Assembly (NCBI GenBank): GCA_903877385.1
Contig: CAIRDP010000023.1
Span: forward strand, 3,723 to 67,722
Direction: 5' to 3'
Length of the DNA stretch: 64,000 nt
Source of the DNA: an uncultured Bacteroidales bacterium
GTDB taxonomy: Bacteria > Bacteroidota > Bacteroidia > Bacteroidales > FEN-979
A model generated the notes under the pieces. It did not search any database, was not told where the DNA came from, and worked only from the letters and a program-made list of their open reading frames with translations. Below, piece by piece: positions 8,793 through 17,290 of the stretch; the first letter of the stretch is position 1; each line of letters opens with the position of its first letter. Both the position numbers and the translations under genes were made by a program.

Positions 8793-10049
8793 TTAATTCT
8801 CTGTAGTTGGCTCTTCCAACTGTTTCATCTGCTGATTCAACCCATCTGATGCAATACCTTCCACACGACCCCAGAAGGACAGTATTGATTGCTTTGCCTG
8901 AAAAATTTGGCTTTCTCTTTCTGAAAAACGTTTAATGGCTGAATCTCTGTCCTGTTGTAAGCTTCTGTCCATTTTCTTGAATGCGTCCAAGATGCCCAGG
9001 ATGTGATTCTTGAAGTCATTGGACAGCAGATAGTCATATAGCATCGACATCTTATCCCCCTTGTTCTGCTGACTCTCCAAGGCGGTAGATTGTTTTACCA
9101 AGCCATCACGCAAAAGCATTGTCAGCAATGGAATATCATCAAAGGGGCATACCCACACCCCATCCCTGAAATGGGTTTCTCCATTATCCTTTGGCATTGC
9201 ACGGGTGACAAGCACACATACATCAGCCTTCACGGTTCTGGCATCAGCCTTCAATTTGGATACCCAACCCTCGCTGAATGCCTGGGTCTGCTTCCGCTCA
9301 TATAAAATCACACCCGACTGGGCACCCACATTGTTTTTGACGACGTGGTATACATCCGCCCCACGTATGCCTGATGGCACGTCCTGGATATCGTCGATTG
9401 GGTAAGTTTTGCGTAGGAAATCCCTGAGCTCGATCTCCGTGACCTCTCCAGTCAGCTTGTTTGACCCCTGTTCCAGTTTCTGCTGGGTTTCTTCCAGCCG
9501 CTTCTGCAAATCTTCGATGAGCTTATCACGTTTCTGGACATCCAGCTTTGATTTCTCCGATTCCGACGTCTTGATCTTCTCCCGTTCCTGGGCAAGCAAT
9601 TCCCCAAACTTCTTTTCGGATTCGGCTTCAATGGATTCTTTCAGTTCATCCTTTTCACGCTTCAACTGGGAAACGAGAGCCTTGGTCTTATTGAGTTCTT
9701 TGAGTTGCTCCGACTTGGTATTGAGCTCCGTTTCCAACGCCAGCAATTGACTTTCTTTCTCAGCATCTATCTGTTTGCGCAGGTTCTTTTCCAATGCGCC
9801 TTTCTCCACGGACAGCTTTTGCTTCACGGCAGCATCCACCTGAACCTGCAAATCTTCCTGCGCCTTTTCGAGCTTCTCCCTCTCCTGTTGAAGCTGCTGG
9901 GTTTTTTCTTTGAACTCCTTGTCCTTTTTGGCAATCTGGGCTTCAAAGTCTTTCTTTAGCTGCTCCTGAACCTGGTGGAACAGGACATCGCTGACGTTGA
10001 TTGGTTCACCACAATTGGGGCATTTGATGGTATTCGATTCTGGTTCCAT
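8793..10049 (-). CDS. DUF2130-family protein (zinc ribbon, long coiled coil, C-terminal nuclease-like domain)
   Basis: IKCPNCGEPINV..., ~170 aa E/K/Q-rich coiled coil, then RGADVYHVVKN...GVILYERKQTQAFSEGWVSKLKADARTVKADVCVLVTRAMPKD, typical of DUF2130. Confidence 0.7.
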   Translation of the reverse strand: MEPESNTIKCPNCGEPINVSDVLFHQVQEQLKKDFEAQIAKKDKEFKEKTQQLQQEREKLEKAQEDLQVQVDAAVKQKLSVEKGALEKNLRKQIDAEKESQLLALETELNTKSEQLKELNKTKALVSQLKREKDELKESIEAESEKKFGELLAQEREKIKTSESEKSKLDVQKRDKLIEDLQKRLEETQQKLEQGSNKLTGEVTEIELRDFLRKTYPIDDIQDVPSGIRGADVYHVVKNNVGAQSGVILYERKQTQAFSEGWVSKLKADARTVKADVCVLVTRAMPKDNGETHFRDGVWVCPFDDIPLLTMLLRDGLVKQSTALESQQNKGDKMSMLYDYLLSNDFKNHILGILDAFKKMDRSLQQDRDSAIKRFSERESQIFQAKQSILSFWGRVEGIASDGLNQQMKQLEEPTTEN

Positions 10050-10067
10050 ATGATGTGATTGATTTAT

Positions 10068-10445
10068 TTATGAGTTATTACACTGTTCCACCAATTTTTT
10101 AAGCCTGTTGTAGACGAATTCCACCTGCACTTCCATTAGGCTTGCCTTGGTTAGTTCATTCGGCAATCCTTTATTTCCATAAGGCTCCCTGCTCATAACG
10201 AATCCATCAGGCTGTCGGCACAATGCCTCACAGAATAACGAATTCGATTGATTAAAAACGGGGTATGTAACCGTGCAGCGAATATTCTCAGTTGTTGCAG
10301 GCAGCTTTAACATTTCCAGCACCAGCAATTGATGGCGGATAAAAGAACGTATTAAATATGACCGTGGACATACACCACCAGAAAGAATTACCCTCCTGTG
10401 CATTTTCAAGACGATACTAATTTCTTGTTCTATAAGGCTTCCCAC
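10068..10445 (-). CDS. Small hypothetical protein, paralog 3 of a tandem triplet
   Basis: Shares RRVILSGGVCPRSY...TYPVF...VEFVYNRLKKL with the two upstream genes. Confidence 0.5.
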   Translation of the reverse strand: MGSLIEQEISIVLKMHRRVILSGGVCPRSYLIRSFIRHQLLVLEMLKLPATTENIRCTVTYPVFNQSNSLFCEALCRQPDGFVMSREPYGNKGLPNELTKASLMEVQVEFVYNRLKKLVEQCNNS

Positions 10446-10558
10446 TTATCTTGAATATGTTTTTGTATATTGAAGATTCAGAAAATTCCAGTATGCCAGA
10501 TGGCGAATGCGAGGTTTTAAAATGAGATTTGGTCATATATGCTTCCTTCCAACGGAAC

Positions 10559-10954
10559 TTATGAATTTAACTTCTGTATTGCCTTCCTAATCAAGTTCCG
10601 AAAGATAAATTCCGCCTTGTCACTGGTCGTGCCGAATTTGACGGCACCTTCGTGGAAACCTATGTCCTGGTTGCCATTAAACGCCCAGTCCAGCATCAAT
10701 TTTATGCAAAGCTTATTCGTCAACTCTTCCTTTGGCGCCCTCTTTGGGTCGATGGAACACGAAAACGGATACCTGAACAACAGGCGTCTGTTCTGACTGG
10801 TAGGTTCCAGTGCAAAAGCTGAGAGTATTTCATCCTGCCGCTGCGTGAAATCGAGGTAAAGCTTTGATGAAGCCGAAATCCCCCCAAGCATCGACACTTG
10901 TTGGTGGTCAGCGACGTGAAACCATATGTCTACCTTGGTTTGGACTAAGCCCAT
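10559..10954 (-). CDS. Small hypothetical protein, paralog 2 of a tandem triplet
   Basis: QVSMLGGISASSKLY..FTQRQDEILSAFALE...LFRYPF...AEFIFRNLIRKA aligns with paralog 1. Confidence 0.55.
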   Translation of the reverse strand: MGLVQTKVDIWFHVADHQQVSMLGGISASSKLYLDFTQRQDEILSAFALEPTSQNRRLLFRYPFSCSIDPKRAPKEELTNKLCIKLMLDWAFNGNQDIGFHEGAVKFGTTSDKAEFIFRNLIRKAIQKLNS

Positions 10955-10966
10955 AGTGTCTATGCT

Positions 10967-11365
10967 TTAGTATTTACCTTTCTGTTTCAAATATTCTGCC
11001 CTTTTGGTGAGCCGAAAGTACACGTGTTCTACCTTTTCGATTACGCTGAAACAGCCATAGCAATTGTTGGGATATCCAGATGCAAGGTAACACCCCAGAA
11101 AGTATTTTCCACCCATAGAGTTGAACTCCGCCAGGGTTTCCACAGCGATTTTGTTAAGAAGGTGGTTAGCCTGAAAGGGATAGGAAAATAACATAAGGTA
11201 ATGCAGGGGGCGCTGTTCGAGGTTGAAATAAGCCAGCACCTCATCCTGCGTTTTCTGGAAGTTGTTGTAGAACCTGGAATTTGGAGATATTCCGCCACAG
11301 AAAAATATTTCCCGCTGGGTTTCCAGCAGCAGTCTGATTTTCTCTTTGGCTTCGTTTGGGGTCAT
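10967..11365 (-). CDS. Small hypothetical protein, paralog 1 of a tandem triplet
   Basis: REIFFCGGISPNSRFY..FQKTQDEVLAYFNLE...LFSYPF...VEHVYFRLTKRA. Confidence 0.55.
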   Translation of the reverse strand: MTPNEAKEKIRLLLETQREIFFCGGISPNSRFYNNFQKTQDEVLAYFNLEQRPLHYLMLFSYPFQANHLLNKIAVETLAEFNSMGGKYFLGCYLASGYPNNCYGCFSVIEKVEHVYFRLTKRAEYLKQKGKY

Positions 11366-11589
11366 ATTGTGATCGTTTCAGATCATAAAAAAACACCAAT
11401 GAATTTAAGATTGGCGTTTTCTTTTAAGTCCTGATCTTCAAGCACAAAGATAGGCAAAATTTATGACATAGCCAAATGTTTTTTCATTGTAATTGGCGGT
11501 TTATTGTAATATTTTCAGGTGGATTTGTTGTTTTGTAAGTATTTCATAGAAAATAGTGAAAGGTAGAGTTTGAAAATCGGAAGATGAAA

Positions 11590-14500
11590 TTAGTTTGTTA
11601 CTTCTAAAATTTCAACATAGTTGTCTAAATTACCGACCTTAACAATATCCCCAATTGAGTGCCCAAGAATTGAGGTTGCAAGGGGAGATTTGATATTGAT
11701 CTTCTGCACCCCTTCAGATGTTCCCAATTTGTTATTGGTTGTTTCAACTAGTTGAACAATAATGTCCTTGCCATTATTCACATATTTAACTTTGACCCTA
11801 CTTTTAAGTTTGATTTCGTCACTGAAAATTTTAAGCTGTTGAGGTTTTTGTTCTTCTAAGCGTTGAATAGATTCAACTTCTTTTTCGGTGTCGATGAAGG
11901 ATAATTGAGAAATATATGTATCAATATTCACAAAGTCATCCGTAAAAGCCGTGGAAATAGTAGAACTGTGAGTAGGACATTTTTTTTGTGTTGTTGTAAC
12001 GGTATCTTTAATAAAATGTACCAACCTCGCTGTTTCTCTTCCAGGGTTTTTCCACCAATTTGTACTCCAAATCCTATGAAATACAAATCCGTGACTTTCT
12101 AATATTTTTTGTCTAAAACTGTCATATAGGTATGCTTCCCTTTTTTCGTGATATTTTGCCCCATCACACTCAATAGCAATTTTTGGAACACCTTCTATTT
12201 TGGGGTCATAGACGATGTCGATTCTGAAACCAGCAAATTTGAATTGTGGTATTAATTTTTCTTCACCAAAGACATCCACCAACCTTTCGTAAACTTCTTC
12301 TTCAAATGGAGATTCCAAATCTCGATTTAGAACATTGATGCTTGTGTTTTTAGGGGCGTTCTCACTTAATGCAGTCAGAACAGAAAGTCTTAAATCACTA
12401 TTGCTTTCGCTGACGGCTTTGCTATATGCCAAATATGCATAAAAGATGGCTCTTTTATTATTCGACCCTTCAATCGTTAAGTATTCTTTATAATTAAGAA
12501 ATATTTGGGGTGGTATTGAAGAACATACATAGACTTTATATTTTGCCCTGGTAATAATAACATTTAGAAGTTTATATCCCTTGGAATGATTAAGCGGGCC
12601 GAATCTATGCGCAAATTTCCCGTCTTTCCCAACGCCATATGTAGTCGAAAGAATAACAACGTCTTTTTCATCACCCTGTATGTTTTCAAGATTTTTAATA
12701 AACGATTTATTACTTTTTGGGTCATCAAGCCCTAATTCTTGAATCTTCTCATTAAAGTGTGTGTATTTTTCAAACTTTTTTCTCTGACTAATTTTTGATA
12801 TTATTAGATTTCGCTGTGCTATATTGAAAGTGGCAACTCCAATTGTCGGGTATTCTCCATTTGGTAATCTATTAATGTTATTTTCTATTATTGATAATAC
12901 CATTTCGGCTTCTGCCTCATTTGTATGGTCAGAAAATGTTCCATTTACCTGAATATATTTAATAGGTACATATTCAAAGATGTTCGGTAATGGCATTAAT
13001 CTCTGATTATAAAAGGCATAGTTGGAAAAATCAATAAGATATGGATGTCTCGAACGATAGTGAAATTCCAACAATTTCTTTTCAAAATTTAATTCTGTTC
13101 CAAAGTCAAGCAAAGATTCACACGATAATAGGTTGTTGTCTTTGTCAACTATTATTTCTTCTTCTTCAATATCGTCTTCATCTTCGACATAGCCATCAAA
13201 GACTTTAGAAAAATAATTTGAAGGTGGCATTTGATGTTCGTCTCCTGCAATTATTATTTGTTTCCCTTTCAATATTGAGGGTAAATTATCTTCTAATCTA
13301 AGCTGACTTGCTTCATCAAACATTACAATGTCAAAGTACCCATTCATATGTTTAAATAAATTACAGCAAACATCGGGTGAGGTTAGAATAATTGGGAAAA
13401 AAGTTGTAAAAAGGTTTGTATCGAACTGCACAATTTGTCTTAATGATAATCTTTTGAACCTATTACTACTTCTTTTATTATAAATGTTTTCAACTGAAAT
13501 GTTATCATTACGGTGTTCAAACTCTCTGGTAGTGTCAATTTGTTTAGAAAACCAAAACTCTCGAATGTACCTTAACTGTTCTTTCCCAATGGCACTTAAA
13601 GATTTTTCAAGCTCTGAATGCTCATCGCTATTTGTAGGTAAATCAATGTTGGCGGAGTTCATTAATAACAAGTTCAAATAATGTATTAAAAAAACTTTTC
13701 TCCAATTAACCTTACTCTTCAATTCATTAATAACTTTTTTATTTTTCTCTGTTAACACATTAAAGAATTGATACCACTTGAACTCAATAGTAAAAAAGTC
13801 ATTCTCCCCGCTAAAATATTCTTTCTCCCGCGCTATTATTCTTTCTAAATCAATAAAAAGTGAATTAAAATTTGAATCGTGGATTATTTCTAAAGTGCAG
13901 CTATCAGAATTAAATCTGAGTATTAACCCCTTAGATTTTTCTTGAAGGTCAGCTAAATTAGGTAAGATCAAATCGGTTAACGGAATTTGTAGCCAATTGA
14001 TTTTTTCAAATTCATTTTGAATCTTAGAATTAAAATTCTTTTGAATCAAGTCGATATCTAATTCAATTCTTGAAAGTGATGATAACTTTTGGTTTAATGT
14101 CCCTTCGGGATTATATTCGTTGTCAATATCTTTGCTGCAATGAATATAATCAACAAGCTCTCGGAATTGTCTATGTAAGTCAACAACAAATTTTGAAACT
14201 TCGTCTTTAATTCTATTAAGCAAAGATAAATATTCAACTGAACTATTATCTTTAGTTAAAGCAATTTCTATGTTTTTAAATGAATCTTCAACATTTTCCT
14301 TTTCACGACTTGAACGAAGGTTAAAGTTTTCAAATTCTCTATCTGTTCTTTCTGCGAAACTGGATTTTACTTCAATTATTATCGAAGTAAACGACTCTAA
14401 GGTCTTCTGTTTAGTTTCAATTTGACCTGAAAAATCAAGAGTATCAAAATCTCTTGATTTAGAAATAGCAGTTTCAAGCTGGGTAAATAATACCTTTAGT

Positions 14501-16452
14501 TTTAAATTGTCAGAAATAATTGCTCTTTTTGATTGTGAGAATAATGACAATACTTTAAATGAAAATCTCCTAATTTTATCTTCGTTAAAAAAGTCGGGAT
14601 TCTGATAATTATTAGCAAATATTTCTTCAATTTTACCTATGAGATTGTGAAAATGTATAATTTGGGCAGATAACTCTGACTCTCGAAAAATACAATACTC
14701 ATATCTTAGACGCTGGATTAATTTTTCCAACTGTAGGAAATTATTTGTTATTGTTGTTGTTAATTGATGTATTCCAGCAATCTGCGCTTTAAGTTCCTCA
14801 ATTCTTAGGTTTATATATTCATTTCTAATTATTTCAAACAGAAGTTTAATAGATCCGATTTCTTTTCTATAATAATCAAAATCGTCAATAATTTTTTGCT
14901 CAATTAAATATGGGTTATCCCCTGAGAATTTCTTTGGGTTTATGAAAGATGTAGCTTCAATCTTCTTATATTCGTTATAAAGTTGCTGCCCTTTTTGCAC
15001 CAAACCCAGCGTAGTATTGAGTTCTTCCGATGTAAAATTAAAATGGGTTTTATCAATTTGCAGCGCATAGTCTTCATCCGCTCCTTTAAGTTCAAGTAAA
15101 AGTGTTCCAACAATGTCAGTCCAAGATTTATTACTTAGAAGTTTTTCATCAAGTTTTTTATGCTTTTTGTTTATAGAGATTATCAGATCTTTTGTCTTAC
15201 AGATCAAATTATCTAAAGATTCTTTTGAGAATGTGTAACGATAATGTTTATAGTCAGAGTTATCAACCCTATTTCGAACAGAATCAACAACCGTTCTTCT
15301 GTCTTTTACAATATCACGAATTAATACACAGTGAAAGTTGAGCCCTCTTTCAATTAGAGCGTTATGCAATACTTCTAATGCAGTTCTTTTTTCACAAACC
15401 ACAATTGTTTTTTTATTATTCTCTAAAGCATTTACAAGGATTGCTGTCAATGTTTGACTTTTACCTGTACCTGGGGGGCCTTGAATTAAGATATTCCGTT
15501 CGGATTCTAAAGAATGTAAAATGCTTTGCTGTGAAGGGTCTGTCTCAACAGAAGAAATCGGTTGAAAAGAATGTCCTTCGATACTGTCGAGGTTTATTGA
15601 TAGTCCTTCAAGCTCTAACAAATTTCCGTAATCATTAATGATATTTTGCTTCTGAACTTCAAAAATTGAAAACAATCCACCAAAATCAATAAAGGCGTTT
15701 GTTGAATTTAACGGTAATTTTTCATAATGAACTTTGTCACAAATTGGTGAAATATTTTCAAGTTTTTTCTTAAAAATATCCTTTATATCGCTTGGAACGG
15801 TTGTATTAATAGCTCTTAGAAGATTGTCGCATATTTCAATGAGTTCGTCTTTACTTATCAACCCATCGTCAAGCATTTCACTGGGTATTTGCTCAATCTC
15901 TATATTTGAATCATTTTGTAAATGATTAATCAACACTTCATTAAGATATATCGGGTCATCTTCGGTTCTGTTAATTTCCCACGTATTAAACTCTTTTGTT
16001 CTTTTGATTCTAAGAGCCCAGATTAAAACTGGTGCAACAGTCAATTTGTTATCAACTTGGTCTCGTCTAACCAGAATTGGGAAACCAAATCCAAAAGTGT
16101 TTATGCCTTTTTCTGATTCTATTGCTTCTGTTTGGTTGATTAAATTTTCAAACGCCTTTGTGATTCTAACTAATTGGTTTTGGTCTTCTTCAAATAGTGA
16201 GTTTAAATCGGGAACGTTTTCTTTCCAGCTAATTCTAAATTTTAATGGTTGTTCTGACAGGAGGGAATTAATGAAATTTGTCGGTAGGTTTTTATCTATA
16301 TATGATAGCCTGTTGAGGTCGAACTTGTAGCGAGATTTTGATGGAATAGCATTAAGATGAACACCTCTACGGTTACCGACTTTTAATCTCAATTGTAATT
16401 CAGTTAACAATTTCTTTGTCAGTTCCATTGTGGTAAATTTTGGTTTAGACAA
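11590..16452 (-). CDS. 1620-aa SF1 (Upf1/DNA2-like, DUF4011-type) helicase fused to a PD-(D/E)xK (DUF559/Vsr-like) nuclease and a GreA/GreB C-terminal-like domain
   Basis: Helicase motifs: Walker A LIQGPPGTGKSQT, motif II VMFDEASQL, motif III IIAGDEHQMPP, motif VI LNVIITRAKYKVYV. Nuclease core: FRIDIVYD...KIAIECDGAKYH...HRIWSTNWWKNP. Extreme C-terminus KINIKSPLATSILGHSIGDIVKV...YVEILEV resembles the GreA C-terminal domain. Confidence 0.85.
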   Translation of the reverse strand: MSKPKFTTMELTKKLLTELQLRLKVGNRRGVHLNAIPSKSRYKFDLNRLSYIDKNLPTNFINSLLSEQPLKFRISWKENVPDLNSLFEEDQNQLVRITKAFENLINQTEAIESEKGINTFGFGFPILVRRDQVDNKLTVAPVLIWALRIKRTKEFNTWEINRTEDDPIYLNEVLINHLQNDSNIEIEQIPSEMLDDGLISKDELIEICDNLLRAINTTVPSDIKDIFKKKLENISPICDKVHYEKLPLNSTNAFIDFGGLFSIFEVQKQNIINDYGNLLELEGLSINLDSIEGHSFQPISSVETDPSQQSILHSLESERNILIQGPPGTGKSQTLTAILVNALENNKKTIVVCEKRTALEVLHNALIERGLNFHCVLIRDIVKDRRTVVDSVRNRVDNSDYKHYRYTFSKESLDNLICKTKDLIISINKKHKKLDEKLLSNKSWTDIVGTLLLELKGADEDYALQIDKTHFNFTSEELNTTLGLVQKGQQLYNEYKKIEATSFINPKKFSGDNPYLIEQKIIDDFDYYRKEIGSIKLLFEIIRNEYINLRIEELKAQIAGIHQLTTTITNNFLQLEKLIQRLRYEYCIFRESELSAQIIHFHNLIGKIEEIFANNYQNPDFFNEDKIRRFSFKVLSLFSQSKRAIISDNLKLKVLFTQLETAISKSRDFDTLDFSGQIETKQKTLESFTSIIIEVKSSFAERTDREFENFNLRSSREKENVEDSFKNIEIALTKDNSSVEYLSLLNRIKDEVSKFVVDLHRQFRELVDYIHCSKDIDNEYNPEGTLNQKLSSLSRIELDIDLIQKNFNSKIQNEFEKINWLQIPLTDLILPNLADLQEKSKGLILRFNSDSCTLEIIHDSNFNSLFIDLERIIAREKEYFSGENDFFTIEFKWYQFFNVLTEKNKKVINELKSKVNWRKVFLIHYLNLLLMNSANIDLPTNSDEHSELEKSLSAIGKEQLRYIREFWFSKQIDTTREFEHRNDNISVENIYNKRSSNRFKRLSLRQIVQFDTNLFTTFFPIILTSPDVCCNLFKHMNGYFDIVMFDEASQLRLEDNLPSILKGKQIIIAGDEHQMPPSNYFSKVFDGYVEDEDDIEEEEIIVDKDNNLLSCESLLDFGTELNFEKKLLEFHYRSRHPYLIDFSNYAFYNQRLMPLPNIFEYVPIKYIQVNGTFSDHTNEAEAEMVLSIIENNINRLPNGEYPTIGVATFNIAQRNLIISKISQRKKFEKYTHFNEKIQELGLDDPKSNKSFIKNLENIQGDEKDVVILSTTYGVGKDGKFAHRFGPLNHSKGYKLLNVIITRAKYKVYVCSSIPPQIFLNYKEYLTIEGSNNKRAIFYAYLAYSKAVSESNSDLRLSVLTALSENAPKNTSINVLNRDLESPFEEEVYERLVDVFGEEKLIPQFKFAGFRIDIVYDPKIEGVPKIAIECDGAKYHEKREAYLYDSFRQKILESHGFVFHRIWSTNWWKNPGRETARLVHFIKDTVTTTQKKCPTHSSTISTAFTDDFVNIDTYISQLSFIDTEKEVESIQRLEEQKPQQLKIFSDEIKLKSRVKVKYVNNGKDIIVQLVETTNNKLGTSEGVQKINIKSPLATSILGHSIGDIVKVGNLDNYVEILEVTN

Positions 16453-16759
16453 ATTAGGGTGTCAGAACTTTTTGTTCAGGTTTATAGGGTCTGATTTAAC
16501 GCAATATTAAGAAAATTTTAGCAATGTTCTCTTGATTGACATAGTGATATTAAAGATATAGCTGTTTCACGTCGTTTAAATCTAAAATATGGACTCTGTC
16601 AAACTAAGCTGGCTTTTTCAAGTATTAAAATAACACAATTCGAGATTCATCTGGTCAATCACTACCCAGGTCTTATTTCCATCGAATACATACTTGATAG
16701 TACAGAATTGCTAAGCGGTTCACTACACCTATATGTTAAACCTGTTGTATAATGAGTAG

Positions 16760-16996
16760 GTGCCCTTTTTTTACCTTGTATTTTTCAAAAATGGCGGTGT
16801 CAGGATGATTGATGTGAAACTTACGGTTCAGGCAATCGGCAACCATAAGGCTCTGCTCAACCAGTTCCGTCAGGTTATTGAAAAGATTGATGAAGAGGTT
16901 ACAGGAGCTATATTCAGCCAGTGCGTGCGCAGTTCGATGAATTCCACGTGTGCACGAAAGGTTGTCGTGCCGAAAGTGGAAGAACTTGTAGTATAA
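16760..16996 (+). CDS. Possible small hypothetical ORF
   Basis: ORF only, in the helicase/IS intergenic region. Confidence 0.2.
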   Translation: MPFFYLVFFKNGGVRMIDVKLTVQAIGNHKALLNQFRQVIEKIDEEVTGAIFSQCVRSSMNSTCARKVVVPKVEELVV

Positions 16997-17033
16997 GTTT
17001 GAAGAGTCCTAACAAGTATGTTAATGTGACTTA

Positions 17034-17288
17034 CTAAATTATTCTTCTTATTGTTCCAAGTGCATCAAAAGGTAGTGGACAATTGCGAACTTGAAGTACG
17101 AACAAATTAAGATGAATATGTGGGTCTGCACCACGTAATATTTCACCTGCTTCACAGTCTATTTGACTATTATTTGTGAATTGTGCTGGCATTGAGTTCA
17201 AGAAAGTAACCAAGGCATCAACTTCATCTTGGTCAGTAAAACATCGTTGATAACCACGAACTGACCTGTACCAATATACAGTTTCACG
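17034..17288 (-). pseudogene. Orphan 3' gene fragment (84 codons, no start) ending at the IS boundary
   Basis: Minus-strand frame open from the IS left end (RETVYWYRSVRGYQRCFTDQDEVDALVTF...GTIRRII-stop). It does not continue in frame on the other side of the IS. Confidence 0.4.
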
Positions 17289-17290
17289 TT

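Noticed and set aside
9090-9959. Plus-strand ORFs (66-113 aa, Ser/Leu/Phe-rich) opposite the DUF2130 gene.
   Set aside because: An antisense artefact of the GAA/AAG/CAG-rich coiled-coil coding region.
10068-11365. Considered whether the triplicated proteins are NDT/TIR/SLOG-type Rossmannoid domains, because of the strand-GG motif.
   Set aside because: They lack the downstream acidic/E-x-G elements seen in the 316-aa protein, and the similarity is too thin to assert.
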